Assembly: GCA_002842095.1 (NCBI GenBank)
Contig: PHCB01000006.1
Coordinates: 206,044 to 270,043, forward strand
Length of the DNA stretch: 64,000 nt
DNA from: a candidate division BRC1 bacterium HGW-BRC1-1
GTDB taxonomy: Bacteria > Sumerlaeota > Sumerlaeia > Sumerlaeales > Sumerlaeaceae
Direction: 5' to 3'
Position numbers and translations under genes: made by a program. The notes beneath the pieces are model-generated. The model was not told the origin of the DNA, did not search any database, and saw only the letters and a program-made list of their open reading frames with translations. Shown here piece by piece: positions 37,977 through 46,942 of the stretch (the stretch's first letter is position 1; every line of letters starts with the position of its first letter).

Positions 37977-39869
37977 TTACTCCGCCATCCGCCGGGCCAT
38001 GGCAAAATGCTTATGCCACAGAGCCGTGTACAGCGGATCCGCAGGGTCCAGACTCGACAGTTGTACCTCCGGCGGACTCGAGTGTAGAAACCGTTTTCCG
38101 CCGATGCTGATTCCCGCGTGGAATACCTTGCCCGATGGATCCATGAAAAACAGCACGTCACCTGCTCGCAGGTCGGGCTGATGCCACGGGGTGGCCACCA
38201 ACTGCCCGCACAGCACCTGCTGGCGCGCATCGCGAGGCAGCGTCACGCCCGCAGCGGACCAGGCGGCACTCGTAATCCCCGAGCAATCAAGACCCAGTCG
38301 GCTCCGCCCACCATACACATACGGTGTGGTCAGAAACTCCGCCGCAACGAAGGCGGCCATCTTTCCCAGCCGTCCGGTGCCCACCAAAGACTTTGCCTGA
38401 TCCACGGCCAGCGCATCGATGTCGGGCAATGCTCCCGGTGGCAGGCGCAGGTTTGCGCCATCAACCATCAGCGGCAGGCGCGCGCCCGCTGGAATGCGCA
38501 GGTTACCCGCCCAGCCATCGCGCGGCACTGACGTCTTTTGCGCATTGAGCCAGCGATCGAATTCCGGCCCCGCCACCCGCGTGACCTGATCCGCTCGTAC
38601 CCAGCCGATGTAACCCTCGCCGCCCTGCACCAGCAGCGCGAAGCCGTCGTCGCTTTCGTCCAGCAACCACAGCGGCTCGCCCAGCAGAAGCTGCGACTGG
38701 ACACTGTCGCCCTGACGCGCAGAGGCCCACGTCATGGCCATCGGTACGCGCACGATGCCAAACCGTTTCTCCCCCAGCCGTGCCGAAGGCAACGTCTCCA
38801 TGCGGTTCACCACCGGATCGCAACCCACCGACAGCATTAATTCCTTGGTGGCGGAAGTGAGAAACGGGTGGCTGCTTTTGCCCGACAACACCCAACCCTC
38901 GTCGGTTTTATCGACCTGCGCATCGAGCAGGAAGAACACCGGTTCGGTGATTACGAAACGCTGGTAAACCTCGAGCATCTTCTGCACCTCAGCGGCGGTT
39001 TCCGCCGGGCGTGCAAGGGGCCACAGCGTGCGCGAGTAGGAGCGAATGCCGTCATGCAGCTTGGGCCACGCAGGGAGCTTGTCGCGAAAATCTCCGGTGG
39101 GAGCAACCGCGGGCGGTGCGGACGCTGCTGTCTCTGCTCCGGAATTATGATCCTTCCATCCGGCGACAATTGCTTCGTACAACGCGCGTGACTCCTCGCG
39201 ATGAAAACCCCGCGTTGCAAGGCGTTGGGCGTGTGTTGTCTCGTCTGCGGATCCGAACCACACGGTGGCATGAACGGGCGCCTTGCCGCTCACCGCCACT
39301 TGCACATCGAACCCCAGAGCCTTTGACAACATCCTCGCAGCCTCCGCCGCCAACCCTTCGTTGCTCTCGCCTTGCGCCATGGGCAAAGCCGTTTCGATTT
39401 CATCAGGCAGGTGGCGCACGGTCAGCACCAGATCCGGGTCCTGCTCGGCCACGCGTTTGCTCCGCTCGGACAATGGCTGCGGGGCTGCGTCCCACCGAGT
39501 GGTGGTGACCTTCGCACCGGCTGTCACGAGAGCATGATACAGATGTCCGGTCGTCAGCACGCTCGCGTCCGCTGCCAGAGTAGCCGTGGTCACCTTCGCA
39601 TCGGCTGTGGCTTCCTGTCCGCCCGCAGGATCCAGAAGAATAGTCAGCCCCGCCAACGGCTTGCCGTCTTTGGGCACGAACGGCAGCGCCGCGCCGGGAA
39701 TTTCCATCGGTGTGTAAAGCTCGGGAGACATCGTCAGATCATCGAAAGTGGGCGACGCGCCATTCTCCGCAGCCCCCGCATAAATCCCACTCACCGCCAT
39801 GCAGAGCACGACGCAGAATAGGCGGACGTTAGAAACAAACGGACTTTTGGCGGGGTTTTTCAGAGCCAT
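37977..39869 (-). CDS. Secreted NlpC/P60 (C40) peptidoglycan peptidase with SH3-like domains and a degenerate amidase-like N-terminus
   Basis: PYVYGG..GLDCSG, LPRDA.QQ, GD.LFF, HAGI, FLHSS; SQLLLGE and YIGWV; GGAAGG RBS. Confidence 0.88.
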   Translation of the reverse strand: MALKNPAKSPFVSNVRLFCVVLCMAVSGIYAGAAENGASPTFDDLTMSPELYTPMEIPGAALPFVPKDGKPLAGLTILLDPAGGQEATADAKVTTATLAADASVLTTGHLYHALVTAGAKVTTTRWDAAPQPLSERSKRVAEQDPDLVLTVRHLPDEIETALPMAQGESNEGLAAEAARMLSKALGFDVQVAVSGKAPVHATVWFGSADETTHAQRLATRGFHREESRALYEAIVAGWKDHNSGAETAASAPPAVAPTGDFRDKLPAWPKLHDGIRSYSRTLWPLARPAETAAEVQKMLEVYQRFVITEPVFFLLDAQVDKTDEGWVLSGKSSHPFLTSATKELMLSVGCDPVVNRMETLPSARLGEKRFGIVRVPMAMTWASARQGDSVQSQLLLGEPLWLLDESDDGFALLVQGGEGYIGWVRADQVTRVAGPEFDRWLNAQKTSVPRDGWAGNLRIPAGARLPLMVDGANLRLPPGALPDIDALAVDQAKSLVGTGRLGKMAAFVAAEFLTTPYVYGGRSRLGLDCSGITSAAWSAAGVTLPRDARQQVLCGQLVATPWHQPDLRAGDVLFFMDPSGKVFHAGISIGGKRFLHSSPPEVQLSSLDPADPLYTALWHKHFAMARRMAE

Positions 39870-39967
39870 GATTTTTCCTTCCGGCAATGCGGATATTCGA
39901 AATAGCGTATTAATCTCTGACGGTCCAGTCGGTCATTTTGCAACCCAAATGCTGGCACTATCCTCCT

Positions 39968-39996
39968 TTGACAACGGGACTTGATCGCGCTTTAAT
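39968..39996 (+). promoter_or_regulatory. Sigma70-type promoter for iscS
   Basis: TTGACA (39968-39973), 17-nt spacer, TTTAAT (39991-39996); ATG lies 16 nt downstream of the -10. Confidence 0.7.
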
Positions 39997-40012
39997 CCCT
40001 TCAGAAATCGCC

Positions 40013-41173
40013 ATGCAACTTCCCGTTTATCTCGACAATCACGCCACCACGCCGGTGGACCCCCGCGTGCTGGAAGCGATGATGCCTTATCTCACTTTCC
40101 GCTTCGGCAACGCCGCCAGCACCACCCATTCGTTCGGGCAGGAAGCGCTCGAAGGGGTCGAGAAGGCGCGGCGTCAGGTGTCCGATGCCATCGGTGCGGA
40201 ACCGCGCGAGATCGTCTTCACGTCCGGCGCCACCGAGAGCAACAACCTCGCCCTCATCGGCGCAGCCCAGGCGAACCTTCCGCGCGGCAACCACATCATC
40301 ACCGTGGCCACCGAACACAGGGCCGTGCTGGACCCCTGCGCTGCGCTGACGCGGGCGGGCTTCGACGTGACGATCCTCCCGGTGCGACCCGATGGCCTGC
40401 TTGATGTCGACCGACTGCGCGACAACTTCACCGGGCGCACAACGCTGGTGAGCGTAATGATGGCCAACAACGAAATTGGCACACTGCAACCCATCGCGAA
40501 AATCGGTGCCATGGCCGCCGAACGCGGCGCACTGCTGCACGTGGACGCCGCCCAGGCGCTGGCCTATCTGGATATCAACGTGATGCGAGACAACGTCCAT
40601 CTCATGAGCCTCAGCGCCCACAAGGCCTACGGCCCCAAAGGCGTGGGCGCGCTGTACGTGCGGCGGCGCAACCCCATGGTGCGCGTGACCGAACAAATGC
40701 ACGGTGGAGGGCACGAGACCGGGCGACGCTCGGGGACCCTCAACACGCCGGGCATCGCTGGGCTGGGCGAGGCGGCGCGGCTTGCACGCGAATCCTTCGC
40801 CAGTGAAGCACCGCGTCTGGCCGCACTGCGCGACCGGCTTTTGGCATCGCTGCAACGCGACATCGACGGGCTGGTCGTGAACGGCACAATGGAGCACCGC
40901 CTGCCCAACAATCTCAACATTTCCATCCCCGGCGTGGAGGGCGAAACGCTGCTCATGAGCCTGCGCGACGTCGCCCTCAGTTCCGGCAGCGCGTGCAGCA
41001 CGGCGTCAGCGGAACCATCCCACGTGCTGGCCGCGCTGGGCGTGACGCCAGCCCTGGCGCATGCGTCGCTGCGCCTGGGCCTCGGCCGCTGGACCACCGA
41101 AGAAGAAATCGACTACGCCGCCCAACGCCTCACAGAAACCGTGAAACGGTTGCGATCCATGGGGTTTTCGTAG
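40013..41173 (+). CDS. iscS: Cysteine desulfurase (IscS/NifS type)
   Basis: YLDNHATTP, FTSGATESNN, ANNEIG, SAHKAYGPKGVGAL, RSGTLN, SSGSAC. Confidence 0.95.
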   Translation: MQLPVYLDNHATTPVDPRVLEAMMPYLTFRFGNAASTTHSFGQEALEGVEKARRQVSDAIGAEPREIVFTSGATESNNLALIGAAQANLPRGNHIITVATEHRAVLDPCAALTRAGFDVTILPVRPDGLLDVDRLRDNFTGRTTLVSVMMANNEIGTLQPIAKIGAMAAERGALLHVDAAQALAYLDINVMRDNVHLMSLSAHKAYGPKGVGALYVRRRNPMVRVTEQMHGGGHETGRRSGTLNTPGIAGLGEAARLARESFASEAPRLAALRDRLLASLQRDIDGLVVNGTMEHRLPNNLNISIPGVEGETLLMSLRDVALSSGSACSTASAEPSHVLAALGVTPALAHASLRLGLGRWTTEEEIDYAAQRLTETVKRLRSMGFS

Positions 41174-41242
41174 GGAGAAGATCGAGTCGCTCCTGAGCGC
41201 ATTTTTGCACAAGACCCTCAACGATTCACGCCACCTCTGACT

Positions 41243-41268
41243 GTAGGGGCGGACCAGCGTGTCCCCCC
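41243..41268 (+). repeat. Single GTAG-type REP
   Basis: GTAGGGGCGGACCAGCGTGTCCCCCC, same family as 13048-13125; lies between convergent genes. Confidence 0.75.
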
Positions 41269-41284
41269 TCCGTGTCAGGTTATT

Positions 41285-42049
41285 TTACTCCCCGGTCTGC
41301 GTCAGTTCCAGAAACAGCTCTTCTAAGTCGCCGTCGTTATGGGTGCGGGTGCGCAGCTCGTCGATGGTGCCCAGGAAAATCAACTTCCCTCGCGAGATGA
41401 TGCCGATCCGGTCGGCCAGTTCCTCGGCGACCGATAACAGGTGGGTCGACAGAAACACCGTTTTTCCCTCGTGCGCCTTTTGTTTGAACAGCCGCTTCAT
41501 GGTGCGGGCGCTTTGCGGGTCGAGGCCCACCATCGGCTCGTCCACAATCACCACTTCAGGATCATGCATGAGCGCCGTGCTGATGACCAGTTTCTGCCGC
41601 ATGCCGTGGCTGTAGTTTTCGATCAACTTGTCGGCCGCGCCCATCAGATCGAACGGCGTGAAATACTCCTCCATGCGGGCGTCGCGCACATCCGCGGGGA
41701 TGCTGAACAGATCACCCACAAACCGAAAAAAATCGCGCCCCGACAACTTCTCATACAAATACGGATGGTCGGGGATGTACCCGATGCGCCGCTTGGCCTC
41801 TACCGGCTCCACCTGCACGTCGTGGCCGCCCACCAACGTGCGCCCCGCGGTGGGACGCACCAATCCGGTGAGCGCCTTGATGGTGGTGGTCTTGCCGGCG
41901 CCGTTGGGCCCGAGAAACGCAAAGAACTCGCCCCGGGGGATGCTCAGGGAAAGGTCATCCACCGCCGTCAGATCGTCATAGGTTTTGGTCAGCCCCTCGA
42001 TGAGGATACCCGGCCCCGTCGCTTGCGCAGCTTCCACGTCCGTCATCAT
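41285..42049 (-). CDS. ABC-2-type ATP-binding protein
   Basis: GPNGAGKTT, YSHGMRQK, VDEPMVGLDP, STH. Confidence 0.92.
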   Translation of the reverse strand: MMTDVEAAQATGPGILIEGLTKTYDDLTAVDDLSLSIPRGEFFAFLGPNGAGKTTTIKALTGLVRPTAGRTLVGGHDVQVEPVEAKRRIGYIPDHPYLYEKLSGRDFFRFVGDLFSIPADVRDARMEEYFTPFDLMGAADKLIENYSHGMRQKLVISTALMHDPEVVIVDEPMVGLDPQSARTMKRLFKQKAHEGKTVFLSTHLLSVAEELADRIGIISRGKLIFLGTIDELRTRTHNDGDLEELFLELTQTGE

Positions 42050-42112
42050 GTTTTCTTTGCCCGAGCTTCCCGCTGAAGATGTGCTTCGTGGTGGCGTGAT
42101 CCGCCCCCGATG

Positions 42113-43540
42113 TTACTTTTCCGCTTTGACCTTATCCAGACGTTCCAGAAACTTCTCCGGCTTCTCAAACTCGTACAAGGTCAGATTTTCGAGGTTTTTC
42201 CCGCGGGGCGTTACAAAGGCCACGGTGGGCAGCGACATCGATTTGTACTTTTTCTGCAACGCGGAGTTCTCGTCGGTTTCCTCGGTGCAGTCGATCTTCA
42301 CCAAAACGAAATCCGTCTGGAGAATTGATCGCACCTGTGGCGTCGAGAATGTCTCCTTGTCAAGTTGCTTGCAGGCGGCGCACCATTCGGCCATAAAATC
42401 GATCATCATGGGCTTGCCGGTCTCTTTGGCGATGCGCAGTCCCTCGGCCTCGTTGGTCAGCCATACGATGCCGTCTTTCGACGTAGCGGCTGCAATGCCG
42501 GAGGTTTGTCCGTCGCCCGCGCTGGTCAGTGTGCCTGAAGTTTCACCCGACCCCTTCGCACCGTCTGCGGGTACGGCCATGGCCACTCCAATGGGTGCTG
42601 CGCCAAACGCCTGCGGAGTGAGCACAAATCCTGCATACAGTCCAATGGCGAGGCTCAGCACTCCCACCGTGCGCCACGACCAAAGCAGGCTGCGGAACGC
42701 TTTGCGCTCCTTGGCCTTCACCAGCAGCAGCAGTCCCGTGGCGGAACCCGTCATTGCGACCAGCACCCAGAACAAACCATCTTGCATGATGGGCCGCACG
42801 TAGTACACCGCCACGCCGATCATGACCAACCCCAGCAACTTTTTTACGTCTTCCATCCAAAGGCCGGAGCGCGGCACCCGACCCAGAAACGCCGGAAATG
42901 TACCGAGCAGGAGAAACAGCAAACCGATACCCAGTGCATAAGCGAACAACAGTGATATCCCCACGATGCCGCTGCCTGACTGCGCCGCCACCACCAGCAC
43001 ACCTGCCAGCACGGGGCTTCCGCAGGGCGAGGCCACCACGCCGGTCACCAGTCCGAGCAAGAAAGCCCCGCCGTAACCCCCGCGGTTGGTGCCGGTTTGC
43101 ATGCGGCTCGTGATGGCCGCCGGCATCTGGATGGTGAAAAAATCCATCATGGCGAGACCCATGGCCACGAAGAACACCGCCATGGAAAGTACGAACCATT
43201 TGTTTTGAAGGAGAAACCCGATGGTGCCACCGGTGCGCGCGACGAAGAACCCCAGCGCGGAATATACTATGGCAATGCCGAGAACGAAAACGAGGCTGCG
43301 CAGAAATCCCGTGATGGGCTTCTGGCCCACGCCCCGCGCACCAATGATGCTGAGCGTAATCGGGATCATCGGATAAAGACACGGCGTGAGACTGACCATG
43401 ACCCCGCCCAGAAAAACAGCCGCCAGAGTGAGAAACAACCCGCGCGTTGCGAGCATTTCTCCCACGTTCGAACCCGCCGCGTGCGTCACGGCCGTCAGGG
43501 CCAGCAGCGCGGGTACCATCAAAAACATTCGCTTTTTCAT
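42113..43540 (-). CDS. dsbD: Protein-disulfide reductase, DsbD family (TM + thioredoxin domains)
   Basis: SLTPCLYPMIP, ASPCGSP, PRSG.WM..VK, DF.AEWCAAC; no N-terminal Ig domain. Confidence 0.9.
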   Translation of the reverse strand: MKKRMFLMVPALLALTAVTHAAGSNVGEMLATRGLFLTLAAVFLGGVMVSLTPCLYPMIPITLSIIGARGVGQKPITGFLRSLVFVLGIAIVYSALGFFVARTGGTIGFLLQNKWFVLSMAVFFVAMGLAMMDFFTIQMPAAITSRMQTGTNRGGYGGAFLLGLVTGVVASPCGSPVLAGVLVVAAQSGSGIVGISLLFAYALGIGLLFLLLGTFPAFLGRVPRSGLWMEDVKKLLGLVMIGVAVYYVRPIMQDGLFWVLVAMTGSATGLLLLVKAKERKAFRSLLWSWRTVGVLSLAIGLYAGFVLTPQAFGAAPIGVAMAVPADGAKGSGETSGTLTSAGDGQTSGIAAATSKDGIVWLTNEAEGLRIAKETGKPMMIDFMAEWCAACKQLDKETFSTPQVRSILQTDFVLVKIDCTEETDENSALQKKYKSMSLPTVAFVTPRGKNLENLTLYEFEKPEKFLERLDKVKAEK

Positions 43541-43576
43541 ATGCCTCCCCTTACACGGGCAAGCACACCTTCTTCT

Positions 43577-44881
43577 ATGATGAACTCCACCTCAAATTTT
43601 GATCATCCAGCCGCACCCCTCGACCCGGCCAATGGTCTGGAACTGGAAAGCATCGCCAAACGCTTCCAAATCATCACCGGCAGCAGCGGCCGCCTCTCGG
43701 GTTTCCTTGCCAACCGCCTCGCCAACCGCCGGTTTCGCAAGGACCTCTGGGCGCTTGACGATGTTTCGTGCGAGGTGAAGCGCGGCGAGATTCTCGGCAT
43801 CGTGGGCTCCAACGGCGCGGGCAAGAGCACCCTGCTGCGCATCATCGCGGGGATCACCCCGCCCACCACCGGCCAGGTGCGGCGCGTGGGCCGCGTCGCC
43901 GCGCTGCTTGATCTCACCGCCGGATTCCATTTTTCCCTCACCGGATACGAAAATCTTTTTCTGGCCGCAGCCATCCTGGGCATTTCGCGCGAGCGTATGC
44001 GTGCCATCATGCCCGAGGTAATCAACTTTGCGGGCATCAACCATGCCTACCTCGAACAACCCGTCCGCACATACAGCAGCGGCATGATCACCCGGCTGGC
44101 TTTCTCGCTGGCTGTTTTCACGGACCCCGATCTCATCCTCATCGACGAAGTGCTGGCCGTGGGCGATGCCGAGTTTCAGGCCCGCAGTGCCCAGCGGCTG
44201 CTACAGTTTCGCGAAGAGGGCAAGGCCATGATCTTTGTCTCCCACTCAAGCGATGCCGTGGCCGAACTGAGCGACCGCGCCCTGTGGCTCGACGCCGGCC
44301 ACGTGCGGCTGGCGGGTGGTGCATCGGAGGTGATCAAGGCATACTCCTCGTATCTGAACACGCGCATCGCCCAACGCTCGCGCATGGATGCCGAGGCCGC
44401 CATGAACGATCCCGTGATTGCAGCCACCGTTGCGGAATCTGCGGAGGGAATCATCACACCCCCGGCGGATGCGGTTTTTGAAAGTGTGACGCTCGACAAC
44501 GGCGACGGCGCATCGTGTGAAGTTTTCCAGACCAACTCAGCGCTGCGGGTTCGGATGGTCATCCAACCCCGTGTACCGCTCCAGAACGTCGACCTGCTCT
44601 ATCAGGTCCTGCGCGAGAACCGCGCCGTCATGGAGGAATCCACAGCCAGCGAACACGGTCTGGAGCTACCCGATGGCGGGGAGCCGTTCCGGGTGACCCT
44701 GCGGTTCGATCCGCTGCTGCTCCTTCGCGGCAAATACACGCTGGCCTTCCACCTCATCGAACGCAACAACCCCGCAAAGATCCACGGCTCCTGCAACGAA
44801 ATCCACTTCGAAGTGGAAATGCCCTTCACCGCCAGCCACGTAATGCCCTCGCTGATCCCCAGCGAATTCTCAATGGATTGA
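43577..44881 (+). CDS. wzt: Polysaccharide ABC exporter ATPase with C-terminal carbohydrate-binding domain (Wzt/TagH)
   Basis: WALDDVS, GSNGAGKS, YSSGM..RLAF, DEVLAVGDAEFQ, VSH; C-terminal LLRGKY.L. Confidence 0.9.
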   Translation: MMNSTSNFDHPAAPLDPANGLELESIAKRFQIITGSSGRLSGFLANRLANRRFRKDLWALDDVSCEVKRGEILGIVGSNGAGKSTLLRIIAGITPPTTGQVRRVGRVAALLDLTAGFHFSLTGYENLFLAAAILGISRERMRAIMPEVINFAGINHAYLEQPVRTYSSGMITRLAFSLAVFTDPDLILIDEVLAVGDAEFQARSAQRLLQFREEGKAMIFVSHSSDAVAELSDRALWLDAGHVRLAGGASEVIKAYSSYLNTRIAQRSRMDAEAAMNDPVIAATVAESAEGIITPPADAVFESVTLDNGDGASCEVFQTNSALRVRMVIQPRVPLQNVDLLYQVLRENRAVMEESTASEHGLELPDGGEPFRVTLRFDPLLLLRGKYTLAFHLIERNNPAKIHGSCNEIHFEVEMPFTASHVMPSLIPSEFSMD

Positions 44882-44884
44882 AAG

Positions 44885-45183
44885 CCTGGCATCCCTCCGG
44901 GATGCGGACGTTTAAGGCGTTGTGGTCCGGTGGTGTCGCTACGCTCAACCACCGGCTAAGAGCTGGCGCCCCCTCCAGGGGCTGAAAACAACCCCGCTGA
45001 AAAAACGGTTCAGCCTGTCCTCATAACACCGAGGTCATCCCGGAGGGAGACCAGCCATTAACCTATCTTGAGTTCATAACTCCGGGGTCATCCCGGAGGG
45101 ATGCCAGCTATTAGCCGGGGGGTGAGCGCAGCGATACCCCCGGAACCAAGACGAAAAAGGTTCGACCCCGGAAGGGGTCGCAG
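44885..45183. repeat. Cluster of ~100-bp palindromic elements: two inverted copies plus a truncated direct copy
   Basis: 44885-44983 (minus) and 45087-45183 (plus) share CCCGGAGGG palindrome - CCAGCT.TTAGCCGG.GG.TGAGCG.AGCGA.ACC.CCGG - spacer - palindrome; 45021-45060 duplicates 45074-45113 with 5 mismatches. Confidence 0.9.
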
Positions 45184-45211
45184 AAACAGCCGGCCTTCTT
45201 CCCACCCCCCC

Positions 45212-46201
45212 CTATAACTTCGCCCCGGTGTGGTGGACGAACACGTCTTCCAATGTCGGGCGGCCGATGCGTGCCGATTTCACCATTCCGGTGAAAGCCT
45301 CCACCACCTCGATCAACATCCGGGCGGCATCCACGTCGTTGTCCGCGGGCACTTCCAGACGCACGCTTTGCTCCAACTGTTGCGCGCCTTCGTGCCCCCG
45401 CGCACGCAACCCTTCCATCAATCGCTCCGGCTCGTCGGTTTCCAACACCACAACTTCCGCGCCCACTTCGCGGCACAAGGTTTCCGGCGATCCCACCGCC
45501 ACCACGCGCCCCTCATGCAAAATTGCCACCCGATCGCAATGCTCCGCTTCCTCCATGAGGTGCGTCGTGAGCAGGCTCGTCACGCCATGGGACCGCCGCA
45601 GCTCGGCCAGTTCCTCGCGCAGGTTCAACCGCGCCGATGGATCCAGTCCCGTGCCCGGTTCGTCCAACAATAACAACCTGGGTCGGTGCAACAACGCCTT
45701 GGCGATCTCGACCCGCCGCTGCATGCCGCCCGACAAACGCCCCACGGCGTCGCTGGTGCGGTCAGACAACCGCACCGACTCCAGCGCCTCGGCCATGCGA
45801 TCGCGCAGCACCTTGCCCGACAGCCCGTACAAATGCCCCTGATGCAGCAGATTCTCGCGCACCGTCAGATGGCGATCGAGACTCGGGCTTTGGAACACAA
45901 CACCGATCACCTGACGCACGGCGTCGGCCTGAGCATGAACCGCCTGCCCGAACACGTGAGCCTCTCCTGCGGCGGGTTCGATCTGAGTGCTCAGGATGCG
46001 GAACAGCGTTGTCTTACCGCCGCCATTGGGTCCCAGCAGACCGAAGATCTCGCCGGGTTGCACCGTGAGGTTCACCGCGTCCAGTGCCGTGCGATCGCCA
46101 TAACGATGAGTCAGATTTCGAATCTCCACAGCGGCCGTTGTGTCGGTTTGCGCAACGGGTCCCGCGCCGGAAGGATTGGTGCTCATGGTCAAATCTGTCA
46201 T
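45212..46201 (-). CDS. ABC-2-type ATP-binding protein (DrrA-like)
   Basis: GPNGGGKTT, LSGGMQRR, LLLDEP, TTH.MEEA, PTLEDVF; start ATG 46201. Confidence 0.92.
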   Translation of the reverse strand: MTDLTMSTNPSGAGPVAQTDTTAAVEIRNLTHRYGDRTALDAVNLTVQPGEIFGLLGPNGGGKTTLFRILSTQIEPAAGEAHVFGQAVHAQADAVRQVIGVVFQSPSLDRHLTVRENLLHQGHLYGLSGKVLRDRMAEALESVRLSDRTSDAVGRLSGGMQRRVEIAKALLHRPRLLLLDEPGTGLDPSARLNLREELAELRRSHGVTSLLTTHLMEEAEHCDRVAILHEGRVVAVGSPETLCREVGAEVVVLETDEPERLMEGLRARGHEGAQQLEQSVRLEVPADNDVDAARMLIEVVEAFTGMVKSARIGRPTLEDVFVHHTGAKL

Positions 46202-46221
46202 GGGATGGTTTCTTCCATAGG

Positions 46222-46764
46222 TCACAAATATGCTGCAAGCGCCACCACGGGCCAAACCACCGCCGTGAATGCGCCGTACCACGCGAGAGCCGTGGTGGCG
46301 GGCGCGGACGAGCGGACCGCCGCGCGAAGCAGCAAAAGGATATACAACGCCGCGTGCAGCAAAAAGAAAACGATCATCGCCCGGCGGCAAAAAGTTGTGA
46401 GTCCCGGCTCCATCGGAAAAATTTCTCCGAACAATGTAAGCACCGGCGAGGCCGCCATCATCGCGCCGACGGTCAGCGTGATGGTGATCAACCGCCGTAG
46501 TTTCCAGGGCGCGCCATCCCACCCAAACACCACCGCCCCGCCGGCCAGCAGCAGTGTCACCGCGGGGGCGAATGCAACACCCCAGTGGGGCGCGATGACG
46601 AAAGCCGTGGGCAGCCCCTGCCCCACGCGAAGCACCAGAACCACCCCGCCCAGCGCCGCCAGCGCCACCCATTGCGTCGCCAGAAAAATCCACAGACCCA
46701 ATAATACATTGGGCAACGCGGGGATGGGTTCAGGGGCGGAGACGTGGCGAGGGGATAAGCTCAT
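46222..46764 (-). CDS. Divergent cytochrome oxidase subunit III-like membrane protein
   Basis: LGLWIFLATQ resembles LGMWxFLxSE; C-terminal WY..F..VVW.VV..AYL resembles YWHFVDxVW....YL; about 5 TM. Confidence 0.55.
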   Translation of the reverse strand: MSLSPRHVSAPEPIPALPNVLLGLWIFLATQWVALAALGGVVLVLRVGQGLPTAFVIAPHWGVAFAPAVTLLLAGGAVVFGWDGAPWKLRRLITITLTVGAMMAASPVLTLFGEIFPMEPGLTTFCRRAMIVFFLLHAALYILLLLRAAVRSSAPATTALAWYGAFTAVVWPVVALAAYL

Positions 46765-46813
46765 GACCCCGTCTTTCTCGTGCGAAAAATGCAAAGTCTA
46801 CCAAAAGCAAAAT

Positions 46814-46836
46814 GCAGACAGGAATGTCCGCGCCCC
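46814..46836 (-). repeat. REP-like palindrome of the GGACATTCCTGTC family
   Basis: Minus strand: GGGGCGCGGACATTCCTGTCTGC; shares its core with 59951-59974. Confidence 0.65.
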
Positions 46837-46851
46837 TTAATTTTTCCTCCC

Positions 46852-46895
46852 CAAAAAAGAAAATCGACCGGAGCCCCGTTAGGAGCTCCGGCCGA
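46852..46895 (-). terminator. Rho-independent terminator
   Basis: CCGGAGC...GCTCCGG stem followed on the minus strand by TTTTCTTTTTT. Confidence 0.8.
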
Positions 46896-46942
46896 GTTAG
46901 TTTCGCCGTTGACGGCGGATCAGTGCGAAATCGCGCTGAACC

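Noticed and set aside
43097-43576. N-terminal extension of Wzt in the ORF track
   Set aside because: It overlaps dsbD on the opposite strand; the likely start is 43577 or 43580.
45158-45183. GGTTCGACCCC as a tRNA T-arm
   Set aside because: No cloverleaf or acceptor stem; it is the terminal hairpin of the palindromic element.
46202-46693. N-terminal extension of the ABC ATPase
   Set aside because: It overlaps the COX3-like gene in another frame; ATG 46201 gives a normal-sized ATPase.
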